From assembly GCA_965219995.1 (NCBI GenBank), contig CBDCOX010000002.1, positions 2,944,001-3,008,000 of the forward strand: a stretch of 64,000 bases of DNA. The letters run 5' to 3'. Shown here in pieces: positions 30,491 to 40,745 of this stretch. The DNA comes from Candidatus Latescibacterota bacterium (GTDB lineage: Bacteria > Latescibacterota > UBA2968 > GCA-2709665). The position numbers and the translations under genes were made by a program. The stretch's first letter is position 1. Each line of letters starts with the position of its first letter. The notes below the pieces were generated by a model. That model saw nothing but the letters and a program-made list of their open reading frames with translations, searched no databases and had not been told where the DNA came from.

Positions 30491-31153
30491 ATGGTTCGGG
30501 TGAAGATCTGCGGAATCACGAATCGGGAGGACGCGCTCTTTGCGGTCGCGCAGGGTGTGGACGCCCTGGGGTTCATCTTCTACGAGCGCAGCCCGCGTTA
30601 CGTGCATCCGGAACGCGTCGGCAGGATCGTGTCGGCGTTGCCGCCTTTCGTGACGCCTGTCGGGGTTTTCGTGAACACGGCCAGGGAGGAGATCCTGGCA
30701 ATAGCACGGATGACAGGGCTGCGGGCGGTCCAACTGCACGGCGACGAGACACCCGCCGAATGTCTGGGATATCCGATTCCGGTCATCCGGGCATTGCGGG
30801 TTGGCGACGGTTTCGACCCCGCTTCTCTGAGCGACTTTCCGGTCGACACGTTTCTGCTGGATACGGCCAAAAAGGGATGGTACGGCGGTACCGGAGAGAC
30901 GTTTGACTGGCGGGTCGCACGGGCGGCCGCGGCACACGGGCGGATCATTCTCTCGGGAGGAATCGATCCGTCGAACGTGGCGGACGCGGCGCGGACGGTG
31001 AATCCGTACGCGGTGGACTGCGGCAGCGGCGTCGAGGCCGCGCCGGGACGGAAGGACCACGACAGAATCGCGGAATTCTTCGAAGCGCTTCGCTCGGCAA
31101 CCCGCGACAACCGGCATTCCCGAACCCATCGTTCGAATTCATCCGGAGCCTGA
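30491..31153 (+). CDS. trpF: Phosphoribosylanthranilate isomerase
   Basis: VKICGIT, VQLHGDE, GGTGETFDW, SGVE. Confidence 0.96.
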   Translation: MVRVKICGITNREDALFAVAQGVDALGFIFYERSPRYVHPERVGRIVSALPPFVTPVGVFVNTAREEILAIARMTGLRAVQLHGDETPAECLGYPIPVIRALRVGDGFDPASLSDFPVDTFLLDTAKKGWYGGTGETFDWRVARAAAAHGRIILSGGIDPSNVADAARTVNPYAVDCGSGVEAAPGRKDHDRIAEFFEALRSATRDNRHSRTHRSNSSGA

Positions 31154-31157
31154 ACCC

Positions 31158-32420
31158 GTGGACATCATGAAAGATCTGGAGTTTCGGGGATACGTCTTTC
31201 AGGTAACGGACCCCGGCGGCCTTAAATCGCGACTCGACCTGGGGCCGATGACGCTGTATTCGGGGTTCGACCCCACGGCAGACAGCCTGCACGTCGGCAA
31301 CCTGATCCCAATACTGGGACTGCGGCGGTTTCAATTGGCCGGGCATCATGCAATCGGGCTTATCGGGGGCGGCACGGGTTTGATTGGCGACCCGAGCGGC
31401 AGCCAGGAAGAACGCCCGTTGAACCCGCCCGAGCTGATCGCGGAATATACAGGGAAGCTCACGGAGCAACTGGCCAGATTCCTGGATTTCGAAACGGGGA
31501 CCAATCCCGCCCGCGTGGTCAGCAATCTGGGCTGGCTTTCCGAACTGAAGGCGATCGACTTCCTGAGAGACACGGGCAAGCACTTCTCCGTGGGTTATAT
31601 GCTGGCGAAAGAGTCCGTGGCTTCGCGGCTGGAGTCCGGAATTTCCTTCACGGAGTTCAGCTATATGGTCATTCAGGCCTATGACTTCATGGAGCTGTTT
31701 CGGACGCACGGGTGTGAACTCCAGATCGGCGGAAGCGATCAATGGGGAAATATAACAGCGGGAATCGAGTTGATCCGACGGCGGCTGGGCGGACAGGCCC
31801 ACGGCCTGACGTTTCCGCTGCTGCAGAAAGCCGACGGCACCAAGTTCGGTAAGACCGCCTCGGGGACGGTCTGGCTGGACGCGGAAAAGACGTCACCGTA
31901 CCAGCTGTACCAGCACATGATAAATACCGACGACCGGGACGTGGTGACGTTTCTCAAGCTGTTTACCTTTCTATCCGAGGATGAGATCGGGAACCTGGAG
32001 CTGGAGGTGTCACAACACCCTGAGAAGCGGGAATCGCAACGCGTGCTGGCCGAGGAGGTCACCACTCTGGTTCACGACAGCGCCGCCACCGGGCGCGCGC
32101 ACAGGATTTCCGAGGCGTTGTTCTACGGTGATCTGCGCGATCTGAGTGCGAGAGAGATCGAGGAAGGGTTCAGCGACGTGCCGTCTCACGCGCTCAACGG
32201 CGTGGTGGAAGCAGGTCTGGTCAAACTTCTGGTGGATGCGGGCATTTCATCTTCGATGCGCCAGGCCCGCGAAGACGTCAGGTCCGGCGCCGTATATCTC
32301 AATGGACTGCGCTGCACCGATGTGGGCCGGACCCTCGCCCCTGACGACAGGCTCGCAGGCGGATACCTTATCGTACGACGTGGCAAACGCCGCTACTTTC
32401 TCGTACGCTGGAACCTTTGA
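31158..32420 (+). CDS. tyrS: Tyrosyl-tRNA synthetase
   Basis: GFDPTADSLHVGN, QIGGSDQWGNI, KFGKT, C-terminal S4 domain (RRGKR). Confidence 0.97.
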   Translation: MDIMKDLEFRGYVFQVTDPGGLKSRLDLGPMTLYSGFDPTADSLHVGNLIPILGLRRFQLAGHHAIGLIGGGTGLIGDPSGSQEERPLNPPELIAEYTGKLTEQLARFLDFETGTNPARVVSNLGWLSELKAIDFLRDTGKHFSVGYMLAKESVASRLESGISFTEFSYMVIQAYDFMELFRTHGCELQIGGSDQWGNITAGIELIRRRLGGQAHGLTFPLLQKADGTKFGKTASGTVWLDAEKTSPYQLYQHMINTDDRDVVTFLKLFTFLSEDEIGNLELEVSQHPEKRESQRVLAEEVTTLVHDSAATGRAHRISEALFYGDLRDLSAREIEEGFSDVPSHALNGVVEAGLVKLLVDAGISSSMRQAREDVRSGAVYLNGLRCTDVGRTLAPDDRLAGGYLIVRRGKRRYFLVRWNL

Positions 32421-32516
32421 CGGGCGGTTTCGGGACCGCTCTTGTATATGGGTATAGTAATCAGGTTCAGGATATTCGGAACCCGGCAGGAAAAACAAAA
32501 AGAGAGGATTCTTTCG

Positions 32517-33494
32517 ATGAAAGCACCGTGGATAACCTATCGGCCGGAACTGAAAGTACTCGATTGTACGATTCGTGACGGCGGATTGATGAACGACCAC
32601 CAGTTCTCCGATGATTTCGTGAGGGCGGTTTATGAAACCTGCGTCGACGCGGGTGTCGACTATATGGAAATCGGTTACCGGAACTCCAAGGAGATGTTTC
32701 CCAAAGACCAGTTCGGGGCTTTCCGACACAGCGACGAAGAAGATATCCGGAAGATTACAGGCGACCACGACCCGGAAACAACCGGCCTGAAGCTCGCCGT
32801 TATGGCGGACGCGGGCAAGAGTGACTGGGCGGAAGACATCCTGCCGGCAAGCGACAGCGTCGTCAGTATGGTACGGGTCGCCTGTTACGTGGAGCAGATT
32901 CCCGAGACCGTCGAAATGCTCTGCGACGCCCACGAAAAGGGATATGAGACCAGTTGCAATATTATGGCCGTCTCCACCGTGCAGGAGGTGGAGGTCGATC
33001 AGGCGCTGGAAGTCCTGATCGAGACGCCCGTCGGTACGATCTGCGTCGTTGACAGTTTTGGCGCATTGTACCGGGAGCAGGTGGATATGCTCATCCGGAA
33101 GTATATGGATGCCGTAAGCGGGACGGGGAAGGAAGTGGGTATTCACGCGCACAACAACCAGCAACTTGCATTTGCCAATACCATTGAAGCGCTCATACTC
33201 GGCGCAAACCGCGTGGATGCCACGGTGGACGGTCTTGGAAGGGGCGCGGGGAATTGCCCCCTGGAGCTGCTGCTGGGTTTCCTCCGCAATCCCAAATTCA
33301 AGATCCGGCCCGTCTACAAACTGCTGGAGGACCATTTTGTCAAATTGCGCGAAGAACTGACGTGGGGGCCTCTCGTTCCTTACAATATCACGGGGCAGCA
33401 CAATCAGCATCCACGCTCGGCAATGGCGCTGCTGGACGGGAAAGACCGCGATCGCTATCTGGCATTCTACGATCAGGTGATGAGGGACATCTGA
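32517..33494 (+). CDS. DRE-TIM (HMGL-like) metallo-aldolase, 4-hydroxy-2-oxovalerate-aldolase-like, substrate unknown
   Basis: LDCTIRDGG, GIHAHNNQQLA, GLGRGAGNCPLE. Confidence 0.85.
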   Translation: MKAPWITYRPELKVLDCTIRDGGLMNDHQFSDDFVRAVYETCVDAGVDYMEIGYRNSKEMFPKDQFGAFRHSDEEDIRKITGDHDPETTGLKLAVMADAGKSDWAEDILPASDSVVSMVRVACYVEQIPETVEMLCDAHEKGYETSCNIMAVSTVQEVEVDQALEVLIETPVGTICVVDSFGALYREQVDMLIRKYMDAVSGTGKEVGIHAHNNQQLAFANTIEALILGANRVDATVDGLGRGAGNCPLELLLGFLRNPKFKIRPVYKLLEDHFVKLREELTWGPLVPYNITGQHNQHPRSAMALLDGKDRDRYLAFYDQVMRDI

Positions 33495-33592
33495 TCGGGT
33501 GGCCCCTGCGCCGGCAGCTGGAAAACGGACTGACGCCCGCCCCGGCGAGGGTTTGAACCCACGCTGGGACCCCATCTCTACAGGATAGAAAA

Positions 33593-34804
33593 ATGGCACT
33601 TCCGAGAGCAGATGAACCATCCGGCACATTGCCCGACTCCGGGGGGCATTTCGGTCCCTACGGCGGGCGATACGTGCCGGAGACGCTGATGCCGTTGCTG
33701 GAGGACCTGGAGGCGGCGTACCGGGATAGCAGGGACCGTCCGGATTTCGTGAGTGAGCTGAACGGGTATCTCAGGGAGTTTGTAGGAAGGCCGACGCCGC
33801 TCTACTTCGCGAAGCGCCTGACCGCGGAACTGGGCGGCGCCCGAATCTATCTGAAACGGGAGGACCTCGCGCACACCGGCGCGCACAAGATCAACAACAC
33901 GATGGGGCAGATACTGCTTGCCAGACGGATGGGCAAGACGCGGATCATCGCGGAAACCGGCGCGGGCCAGCACGGCGTGGCAACAGCAACCGTGGCTGCG
34001 ATGTTCGGAATGGACTGCGAGATTTACATGGGCACGGAAGACATGGAGCGGCAGGCGCTGAATGTGTTTCGGATGCGGCTCCTCGGCGCAAGGGTGACGG
34101 GAGTGGATTCGGGCAGCAGGACCCTGAAGGATGCGATTAACGAAGCCATCCGCGATTGGGTGACGAACGTGGACGATACGTTCTACATTTTCGGATCCGT
34201 CCTGGGACCTCATCCGTATCCGATGATCGTTCGTGATTTTCAGCGCGTCATCGGAGTGGAGGCTCGAGAGCAGATCCTGCGGGCCGAGGGCCGGCTGCCG
34301 GAATGTCTTATCGCGTGCGTCGGCGGCGGCAGCAATTCCATCGGTCTGTTTCACGCATTTCTCGAGGACGCGGACGTACGGATGATCGGTGTCGAAGCGG
34401 GCGGGCATGGAATTGCCTCGGGCGATCACGCGGCGCGCTTTCAGGCTGGGGATCTGGGCGTGCTGCACGGGGCCAGGATATACCTCCTGCAGGACGAGGA
34501 CGGGCAGATCGCGCTGACCCATTCCGTTTCCGCCGGTCTGGACTATTCCGGAGTCGGTCCTGAACACTGCCATCTGCGAGACGCGGGACGGATCGAATAC
34601 GCGTACGCAACCGACGACGAGGCACTGAAGGCCTTTCAGCTGCTGAGCCGTACGGAGGGGATCATCCCCGCCCTGGAAAGCGCGCATGCGATCGCGTACG
34701 TGACAAGAGCCGCGCCTGAAATGGGCAGGGATGCCGTTGTCGTCGCGAATCTTTCAGGGAGGGGCGACAAAGACGTGCAGCAGGCGGCGAAGTTCCTCGA
34801 CTGA
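33593..34804 (+). CDS. trpB: Tryptophan synthase beta chain
   Basis: [40 protein letters not shown]. Confidence 0.98.
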   Translation: MALPRADEPSGTLPDSGGHFGPYGGRYVPETLMPLLEDLEAAYRDSRDRPDFVSELNGYLREFVGRPTPLYFAKRLTAELGGARIYLKREDLAHTGAHKINNTMGQILLARRMGKTRIIAETGAGQHGVATATVAAMFGMDCEIYMGTEDMERQALNVFRMRLLGARVTGVDSGSRTLKDAINEAIRDWVTNVDDTFYIFGSVLGPHPYPMIVRDFQRVIGVEAREQILRAEGRLPECLIACVGGGSNSIGLFHAFLEDADVRMIGVEAGGHGIASGDHAARFQAGDLGVLHGARIYLLQDEDGQIALTHSVSAGLDYSGVGPEHCHLRDAGRIEYAYATDDEALKAFQLLSRTEGIIPALESAHAIAYVTRAAPEMGRDAVVVANLSGRGDKDVQQAAKFLD

Positions 34805-34857
34805 GTGGAATCGTACCGCTCGTTCCAGGGCTGGAATCGACACACGGGATTGTTCGG

Positions 34858-35670
34858 ATGACAAGAATCGGAAAGCGGTTCGCATGGTTGAAGAAGACGC
34901 GAAGGACCGGATTCGTCGCATATATCACCGCGGGAGATCCGGACCTGGCAACCACCCGTAAACTGGCGCCGGAGCTTGAACGGCGCGGGGTGGACATTCT
35001 CGAGCTGGGTGTGCCTTTCTCCGATCCGCTCGCGGACGGACCGGAGATCCAGCGGGCGTCACAGCGGGCCCTGCGGCATCGGGTGTCGATCGGCGACGTG
35101 CTGGATCTGGTGTCGGACCTGCGGCGCGAGACGGAAATACCCATTGTGCTCTTTACGTATTTCAATCCTATGCATCGGTTCGGTCTTGAACGGCTCGTCG
35201 ACAGGGCGGCCGAAGCGGGGGTAGACGGCATTCTTGCGCTGGATCTTCCGCCCGAAGAAGCGGCCGAGTACAAGCGTCTGATGGGTAAACGGGGATTGGA
35301 CACGGTTTTTCTGATCGCGCCGACGAGCCGCGAGGATCGCATCCGTCGGATCGCTTCATCTACCAGCGGCTTTGTGTATTACGTGTCGCGCACGGGCGTT
35401 ACGGGGGAGCGGGACAGCCTGGAGGAGACACTCGGCGCAAGGGTGGCGACCATCAGACGACATACCTCGCTGCCGGTTGCGGTGGGATTCGGTATTTCAA
35501 CCCCCGAACAGTCCAGGGAGGTTGCGGGATACGCGGATGCCGTGGTCGTCGGCAGCGCAATCGTCCGACGAATCGCCGAGCGGCAGACGGACCCGGACCT
35601 CGTTCCCCACATCGGGGCATTCGTGGAAGAACTGGTGCAACCCCTGAAGGGAGCATCCAATGGACCTTGA
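34858..35670 (+). CDS. trpA: Tryptophan synthase alpha chain
   Basis: ELGVPFSDPLADGPEIQ, SRTGVTG, VGFGIS. Confidence 0.98.
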   Translation: MTRIGKRFAWLKKTRRTGFVAYITAGDPDLATTRKLAPELERRGVDILELGVPFSDPLADGPEIQRASQRALRHRVSIGDVLDLVSDLRRETEIPIVLFTYFNPMHRFGLERLVDRAAEAGVDGILALDLPPEEAAEYKRLMGKRGLDTVFLIAPTSREDRIRRIASSTSGFVYYVSRTGVTGERDSLEETLGARVATIRRHTSLPVAVGFGISTPEQSREVAGYADAVVVGSAIVRRIAERQTDPDLVPHIGAFVEELVQPLKGASNGP

Positions 35671-35953
35671 AGACTGGCGGAAGGAAATCGACGCCCTGGA
35701 TCGACAGCTCCTGGCGCTACTGAAACGACGCGCCGAATGTGCGCTTCAAATCGGCATGATCAAACAGACGATCGAACAGCCGATCTACGCGCCGGAACGC
35801 GAGACATCGATCCTCAACCGAATTCGCGAACTGAACGCCGGACCCCTGACCGACGAAGCGGTGCAACGAATATTTCAGCAGATTATCGATGAGTCCAGGC
35901 GGCTCGAACAGGAGCACGGCGAACGGCAGTCCGGAGACGTGAAACATCCCTGA
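35660..35953 (+). CDS. Monofunctional chorismate mutase (AroQ class)
   Basis: LEDWRKEIDALDRQLLALLKRR...ERE...IIDESR. Confidence 0.92.
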   Translation: MDLEDWRKEIDALDRQLLALLKRRAECALQIGMIKQTIEQPIYAPERETSILNRIRELNAGPLTDEAVQRIFQQIIDESRRLEQEHGERQSGDVKHP

Positions 35954-35967
35954 TTCATCAATGGAGC

Positions 35968-37005
35968 ATGCAGCGCATGGCGTTTACGAAAAACATGAAG
36001 ATTCCCACACCGGAAGCCGTGCTGGAGGAAATGCCGCTTCCGAAGAAACTGAAGGACGTAAAGGAGCAGCGGGATGCGGAGATCAGGGACATCTTCGCGC
36101 GCAGGAGCCGTAAATTTCTGCTGGTGATCGGCCCCTGTTCAGCGCACGATGAAGATGCAGTGTGCGAATACGTTTCCAGGCTGGCGAAACTGCAGGAGGC
36201 CGTCCGTGAAACGCTGGTTCTGGTGCCTCGCATCTATACCAACAAACCCCGCACGACCGGCGAGGGGTACAAGGGCATGGGGCATCAGCCGGACCCCCGA
36301 AAGGCGCCGGACCTGTCCGAAGGCATCTACGCGGTTCGTCAGATGCACATCCGCGCAGCCGAGGAGTCCCACCTGACGGCGGCCGACGAAATGCTGTATC
36401 CGGGCAATCTGCCTTATGTCGAGGACTTGCTGAGCTATATAGCCGTGGGTGCGCGGTCGGTGGAAAACCAACAGCACCGATTGACCTGCAGCGGCGTCGA
36501 CGTGCCCGTTGGAATGAAGAACCCGACGGCGGGCGATCTGTCTGTGATGTTGAATGCGATTCAGGCCTCTCAGATCCCACACGTCTTCATCTATAACGGA
36601 TGGGAAGTCAGCACCAGCGGCAATTCCCTGACACACGCCGTGCTTCGCGGCGCCGTGGACGTTAACGGGCGCAGTATGCCGAACTATCATTTCGAAGACC
36701 TGATGTACGCGGCGGCACTCTATGGTCAACGGCAGCTTGCCAACCCCACGATCGTCGTGGATACGAATCACAACAATTCCGGCAAGCAGTTCAGTGAACA
36801 ACCCAGGATCGGATTGGATGTGATCCGCAGCCGACGGAATTCAACAATACTGTGCGAAATGATCCGCGGGTTGATGGTTGAGAGCTATCTGGAAGAAGGC
36901 TCCCAGAACGTCAATGAAGGCGTGTTCGGCAGATCCATTACCGATCCGTGCCTGGGGTGGGAAGATACCGAGGCGTTCGTTAAGGAACTGGCGGAGGGGA
37001 TATGA
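35968..37005 (+). CDS. DAHP synthase, type I-alpha
   Basis: VIGPCSA, KPRTTGEGYKG, VGARS, VGMKNPT, SITDPCLGW. Confidence 0.95.
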   Translation: MQRMAFTKNMKIPTPEAVLEEMPLPKKLKDVKEQRDAEIRDIFARRSRKFLLVIGPCSAHDEDAVCEYVSRLAKLQEAVRETLVLVPRIYTNKPRTTGEGYKGMGHQPDPRKAPDLSEGIYAVRQMHIRAAEESHLTAADEMLYPGNLPYVEDLLSYIAVGARSVENQQHRLTCSGVDVPVGMKNPTAGDLSVMLNAIQASQIPHVFIYNGWEVSTSGNSLTHAVLRGAVDVNGRSMPNYHFEDLMYAAALYGQRQLANPTIVVDTNHNNSGKQFSEQPRIGLDVIRSRRNSTILCEMIRGLMVESYLEEGSQNVNEGVFGRSITDPCLGWEDTEAFVKELAEGI

Positions 37006-37083
37006 TAGCGAACGGGATCGGAAGACAGGAACGGAGCCGGACGTTCCGCAGGCGCCCCGGCCGCCGTTTCCGGGGATAACCGC

Positions 37084-38196
37084 ATGGCCAACGATCCTCC
37101 GTTTGCACGTGAGACCATTGCGATTGTGGGTGTCGGGCTGATTGGCGGTTCTCTTGGCGTGGGGTTCAAGAGTCTGGGCATCGGACGACGCATCGTCGGC
37201 ATCGGCAGGCGTGAGACGCTGGATGCGGCACGCAATCTGAACGTCATCGACGCGGGCTATCCTTACGAGGAACTCGCCGCCGGTATTCGCGAAGCGGCGC
37301 TCGTTTTCCTGTGCACCCCCATTGTACGTATTCTCGACCTGCTGCCGGAGGTGCTGGCGGCGGCGCGCCAGAATGCGGTCGTGACCGACGTTGGCAGCAC
37401 CAAGCACGCGGTTGTTTCCGCCGCGGCGGCCCATCGACGGGGCGGCGTGCATTTCGTGGGCGGGCACCCGATGGCGGGTTCCGAGCACCGCGGGGTTGGC
37501 GCGGCGGATCCGTTCCTGTTTCAGAATGCGATCTACGTACTGACACCCTCGCCGGACACGCCCGATTTCGTGGTCGATAAGCTCTCACGCCTCGTCAGGA
37601 CGCTCGGGGCGAGACCGATGAGGATGACGCCACGGGAACACGACCGGGCGGCGGCGGCGGTAAGTCACCTGCCGCAGATGATGGCCACAAGCCTCGTATC
37701 CATGATCGGACGGATGACCGAAGCCGAAGGGCTGCCGATCCGGATGGCGGCGGGCGGGTTTCGGGATCTCACGCGCATTGCTTCCAGCCCGTATGAGATG
37801 TGGCGGGATATCTGCCGAACAAACGCGTCCCAGATCCGTGAGATGATCGATCGGTATATCGAGTCGCTGGCGGCGCTTCGCGGGGCCGTGGACGGAGAAC
37901 GGCTGGAGCAGTCGTTTGCCTTTGCGAACCGGGTACGCGGTCAGATCCCGAAGGACTCCAAGGGGTTCTTGCATCCGCTGCACGAAATACTCCTGGTGGC
38001 GGAAGACAGGCCCGGCGTGATCGCCGACGTCGCCCGGACGCTGGCCGCGGCGAGAATCAACATCAACGACATCGAGGTGTTGAACGTCCGTGAGGGAGAA
38101 GGGGGCACCATCCGGATGGGTTTCGATTCGCGTCCATGCGCGGAACGGGCCGTGGACTTGCTGGGGAAGGCGGGATACAGCGTCAGATTGAGGTAA
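37084..38196 (+). CDS. tyrA: Prephenate/arogenate dehydrogenase with C-terminal ACT domain
   Basis: GVGLIGGS, TDVGSTK, GGHPMAGSE, SHLP, GFRDLTRIA, ACT motif EDRPGVIA. Confidence 0.94.
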   Translation: MANDPPFARETIAIVGVGLIGGSLGVGFKSLGIGRRIVGIGRRETLDAARNLNVIDAGYPYEELAAGIREAALVFLCTPIVRILDLLPEVLAAARQNAVVTDVGSTKHAVVSAAAAHRRGGVHFVGGHPMAGSEHRGVGAADPFLFQNAIYVLTPSPDTPDFVVDKLSRLVRTLGARPMRMTPREHDRAAAAVSHLPQMMATSLVSMIGRMTEAEGLPIRMAAGGFRDLTRIASSPYEMWRDICRTNASQIREMIDRYIESLAALRGAVDGERLEQSFAFANRVRGQIPKDSKGFLHPLHEILLVAEDRPGVIADVARTLAAARININDIEVLNVREGEGGTIRMGFDSRPCAERAVDLLGKAGYSVRLR

Positions 38197-38277
38197 ATGG
38201 ATGCATCCGGAACGGGAGACGATCGAGCGGAATCCATGTCCGTCCTGTAATGAATCCATTTTGAAAGTGGGGCGGTT

Positions 38278-39585
38278 TTGGAATTCACGGCCTTATTGAT
38301 TGCCGAAGGCGCGATCACGCCTTCATCCGGGCTGGTGGGGACGTGCGACCTCCCCGGCGATGCCGACGTGTCGATCATGGCCCTGGCGCTATCGTCCAAG
38401 GCCGATGGCGTCTCCCGGATTCACCGGTGTTCGCGAAAACCCGACGTCGAGCGTGCTGCGGGATTGCTGACGGCGCTTGGGATTTCGGTTGCGTGGGACG
38501 CCGAGACCGCGACGGTGACCGGCGGCCGCGTCCGGGCGCCCGCCGACGTACTGCATGTGGGTGGGTCCCTGGTTCTGTTCTCCTGTCTGGCGGGATTGCT
38601 GTCAAATGCGCCGTTTGTCACCAGACTGTCCGGGGCTTCGGCGGACGCCGGCGTCGACCGGTTATTCGAGGCGCTCCGCAGCCTGGGCGCCACCCCGGAG
38701 ATATCCCACGAGGACGGGATATCGGCGAGTGTCGGATTGGACAGGTTAACACCCGGATCCTACCGCGCGGGGCTTCCCGAACCGGCGGTGAAGTGCGGCA
38801 TGTTGATGGCCGGTGTAGGTGTGGACGGAATCGTCGAACTGGTGCAGGACAGCGGCGGAGATGACGATCTGGAAGTGTTGCTGCAAGCAGCGGGATGCGG
38901 TCTGAAAAAGGGGCGGATAAAGGGCGCCAGAGGTCGTCGGCTGACGTTGGAAGGCCCCGCACGGCTCCGCGGCGTGACTCACGTGTTGCCGGGCGGTTCG
39001 GATGCAGCGCTTGTTCTTTCGCTCGCGGCGGCGATGTTGAGCCGCTCCGAATTGACGGTAACTCATTTCGGACTGGATTCGAAGAGCCGCAGCATCGTGG
39101 ACCTGCTGCGCCGAATGAACGTGTCAATGGATATGGAGCAAACCCGGACTGAGTCCGGCTTTCCCGTACGACGCGTCCGGATCTGGTCGTCGGACTTGCG
39201 TGGCATAAAGATCGCCGGCGCGGCTGCCGGGCGCCTTTTGGACGAGCTCCCCATCCTGGCGGCCGCGGGCGCGGTTTCCAGGGGCGAAACGATCATTCGG
39301 AATGCCGAGGCATTGAGGGACGGCGAGGTAGACTGCATTTCAGTACTGGTGGAAAACCTGAGAAAGATGCAGGTTCAGGTCGGGGAGATGCCGGACGGAC
39401 TGGTTGTAAAGGGCGGTCAACCGCAGGGCGCCGAACTGGATGCCGCCGGCGACGCCCGCGTGACATTGGCGCTCACACTGGCTGCGCTTGCGAGCGAAGG
39501 GGAGACCCGTCTGAAGAACCCCGGCCCGGTGGACCGGATGTATCCCGGGATCATGGATAGATTGGCTTCGGTTTTGGACCGATAG
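38278..39585 (+). CDS. EPSP synthase (AroA)-fold protein with degenerate active site
   Basis: Full length and collinear with AroA (LPGD, VKCGMLMAG, LDELPILA, GETIIRNAEALR, PDGLVVKGG, MYPG), but most substrate-binding residues are replaced. Confidence 0.85.
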   Translation: MEFTALLIAEGAITPSSGLVGTCDLPGDADVSIMALALSSKADGVSRIHRCSRKPDVERAAGLLTALGISVAWDAETATVTGGRVRAPADVLHVGGSLVLFSCLAGLLSNAPFVTRLSGASADAGVDRLFEALRSLGATPEISHEDGISASVGLDRLTPGSYRAGLPEPAVKCGMLMAGVGVDGIVELVQDSGGDDDLEVLLQAAGCGLKKGRIKGARGRRLTLEGPARLRGVTHVLPGGSDAALVLSLAAAMLSRSELTVTHFGLDSKSRSIVDLLRRMNVSMDMEQTRTESGFPVRRVRIWSSDLRGIKIAGAAAGRLLDELPILAAAGAVSRGETIIRNAEALRDGEVDCISVLVENLRKMQVQVGEMPDGLVVKGGQPQGAELDAAGDARVTLALTLAALASEGETRLKNPGPVDRMYPGIMDRLASVLDR

Positions 39586-39669
39586 GCCGCGCAGGTCGTT
39601 CAAATGCCCGCCATGGATCGTCGCGGCACGATACGGTGTGGGTTAATCATCTGTACGAGGAGACTCCTT

Positions 39670-39810
39670 ATGAGACTGGTTGTCAGGTTGTTCCTCTTGG
39701 CGTTGCTCGTGTTTATGGGTGGTGTTGTTTTCATTCGGTACACCTACAAATGTTCCTGGAAAGAGAGTTTCGCAATTGCCGACCAGTTTGTGTCTGACCT
39801 GACCAGTTGA
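39670..39810 (+). CDS. Small single-TM membrane protein (46 aa)
   Basis: RBS GAGGAG; MRLVVRLFLLALLVFMGGVVFIRYTYKCSWKESFAIADQFVSDLTS. Confidence 0.65.
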   Translation: MRLVVRLFLLALLVFMGGVVFIRYTYKCSWKESFAIADQFVSDLTS

Positions 39811-39876
39811 ACGAGTGTCAGGACTTCGGCTGGCGGGACGCAGCCACAATAGAGTCCAAGTTTTGCGGGGCCCGTT

Positions 39877-40743
39877 TTGGGTATTGTCTCAACCACGCGG
39901 CTGCTGGGAGTGATTGGCGACCCGATTGCCCATTCGCTATCGCCGGACATGCACAATGCGGCCATCAGCGCTCTCGAAATGGACTACTGTTACGTGGCAT
40001 TCCACGTTTTGCCGGACGGGGTTGAACCGGCGCTCCGGGGAATGCGTGCATTGCAGATCCGGGGATTGAACGTAACCCTTCCCCACAAGACCGCGGTGAT
40101 TGGGCACCTCGATCAGACTTCGGAAGAAGCACTGGCCGTAGGTGCGGTGAATACGATCTCTTTCGAGGAGGGCGATCTCGTCGGCCACAATACCGATGTG
40201 TACGGGCTGGCCACCGCGCTGGAGCGGACGGCGGGCCTCGCGGTATTGCCGGAGCACTGCGTGATTCTCGGCGCGGGCGGCGTCGCGAGGGCCGCCGTTT
40301 ACGCGCTGGCAACGAATGACGACGTGCGCCGCGTGAGCATACTCAATCGGACCGTTGCCCGGGCGGAAGCGCTTGCGCATGACATGGAAAGGATCACGGG
40401 TAAGACGATAGACGCAGGCGACCTGACGGCAGACACCCAGTTGAGCGTGTTCGCGGATGCCGGCCTGGTTGTAAACGGGACGTCGCTGGGGATGGTTCCG
40501 GACGTGGAGCGGACGCCGCTGGCCGACACCTCTGCGATTCACTCTGAACTCGTTCTGTACGATACGGTTTTCAACCCGCTCGATACGCTGCTGATGCGGC
40601 AGTTCCGGTCCGCGGGCGCGCCGGCGTTTGGAGGACTTGACATGCTCGTGCACCAGGGTGCGCGTTCGTTTGCCATCTGGACGGGTGTCGAACCGCCCGT
40701 CGACGTCATGAAACAGGCGATTATCGGACGGTTTCGGGCATAG
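39877..40743 (+). CDS. aroE: Shikimate dehydrogenase
   Basis: HSLSPDMHN, NVTLPHK, GAVNT, GHNTD, GAGG, GLDMLVHQG. Confidence 0.96.
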   Translation: MGIVSTTRLLGVIGDPIAHSLSPDMHNAAISALEMDYCYVAFHVLPDGVEPALRGMRALQIRGLNVTLPHKTAVIGHLDQTSEEALAVGAVNTISFEEGDLVGHNTDVYGLATALERTAGLAVLPEHCVILGAGGVARAAVYALATNDDVRRVSILNRTVARAEALAHDMERITGKTIDAGDLTADTQLSVFADAGLVVNGTSLGMVPDVERTPLADTSAIHSELVLYDTVFNPLDTLLMRQFRSAGAPAFGGLDMLVHQGARSFAIWTGVEPPVDVMKQAIIGRFRA

Positions 40744-40745
40744 CG

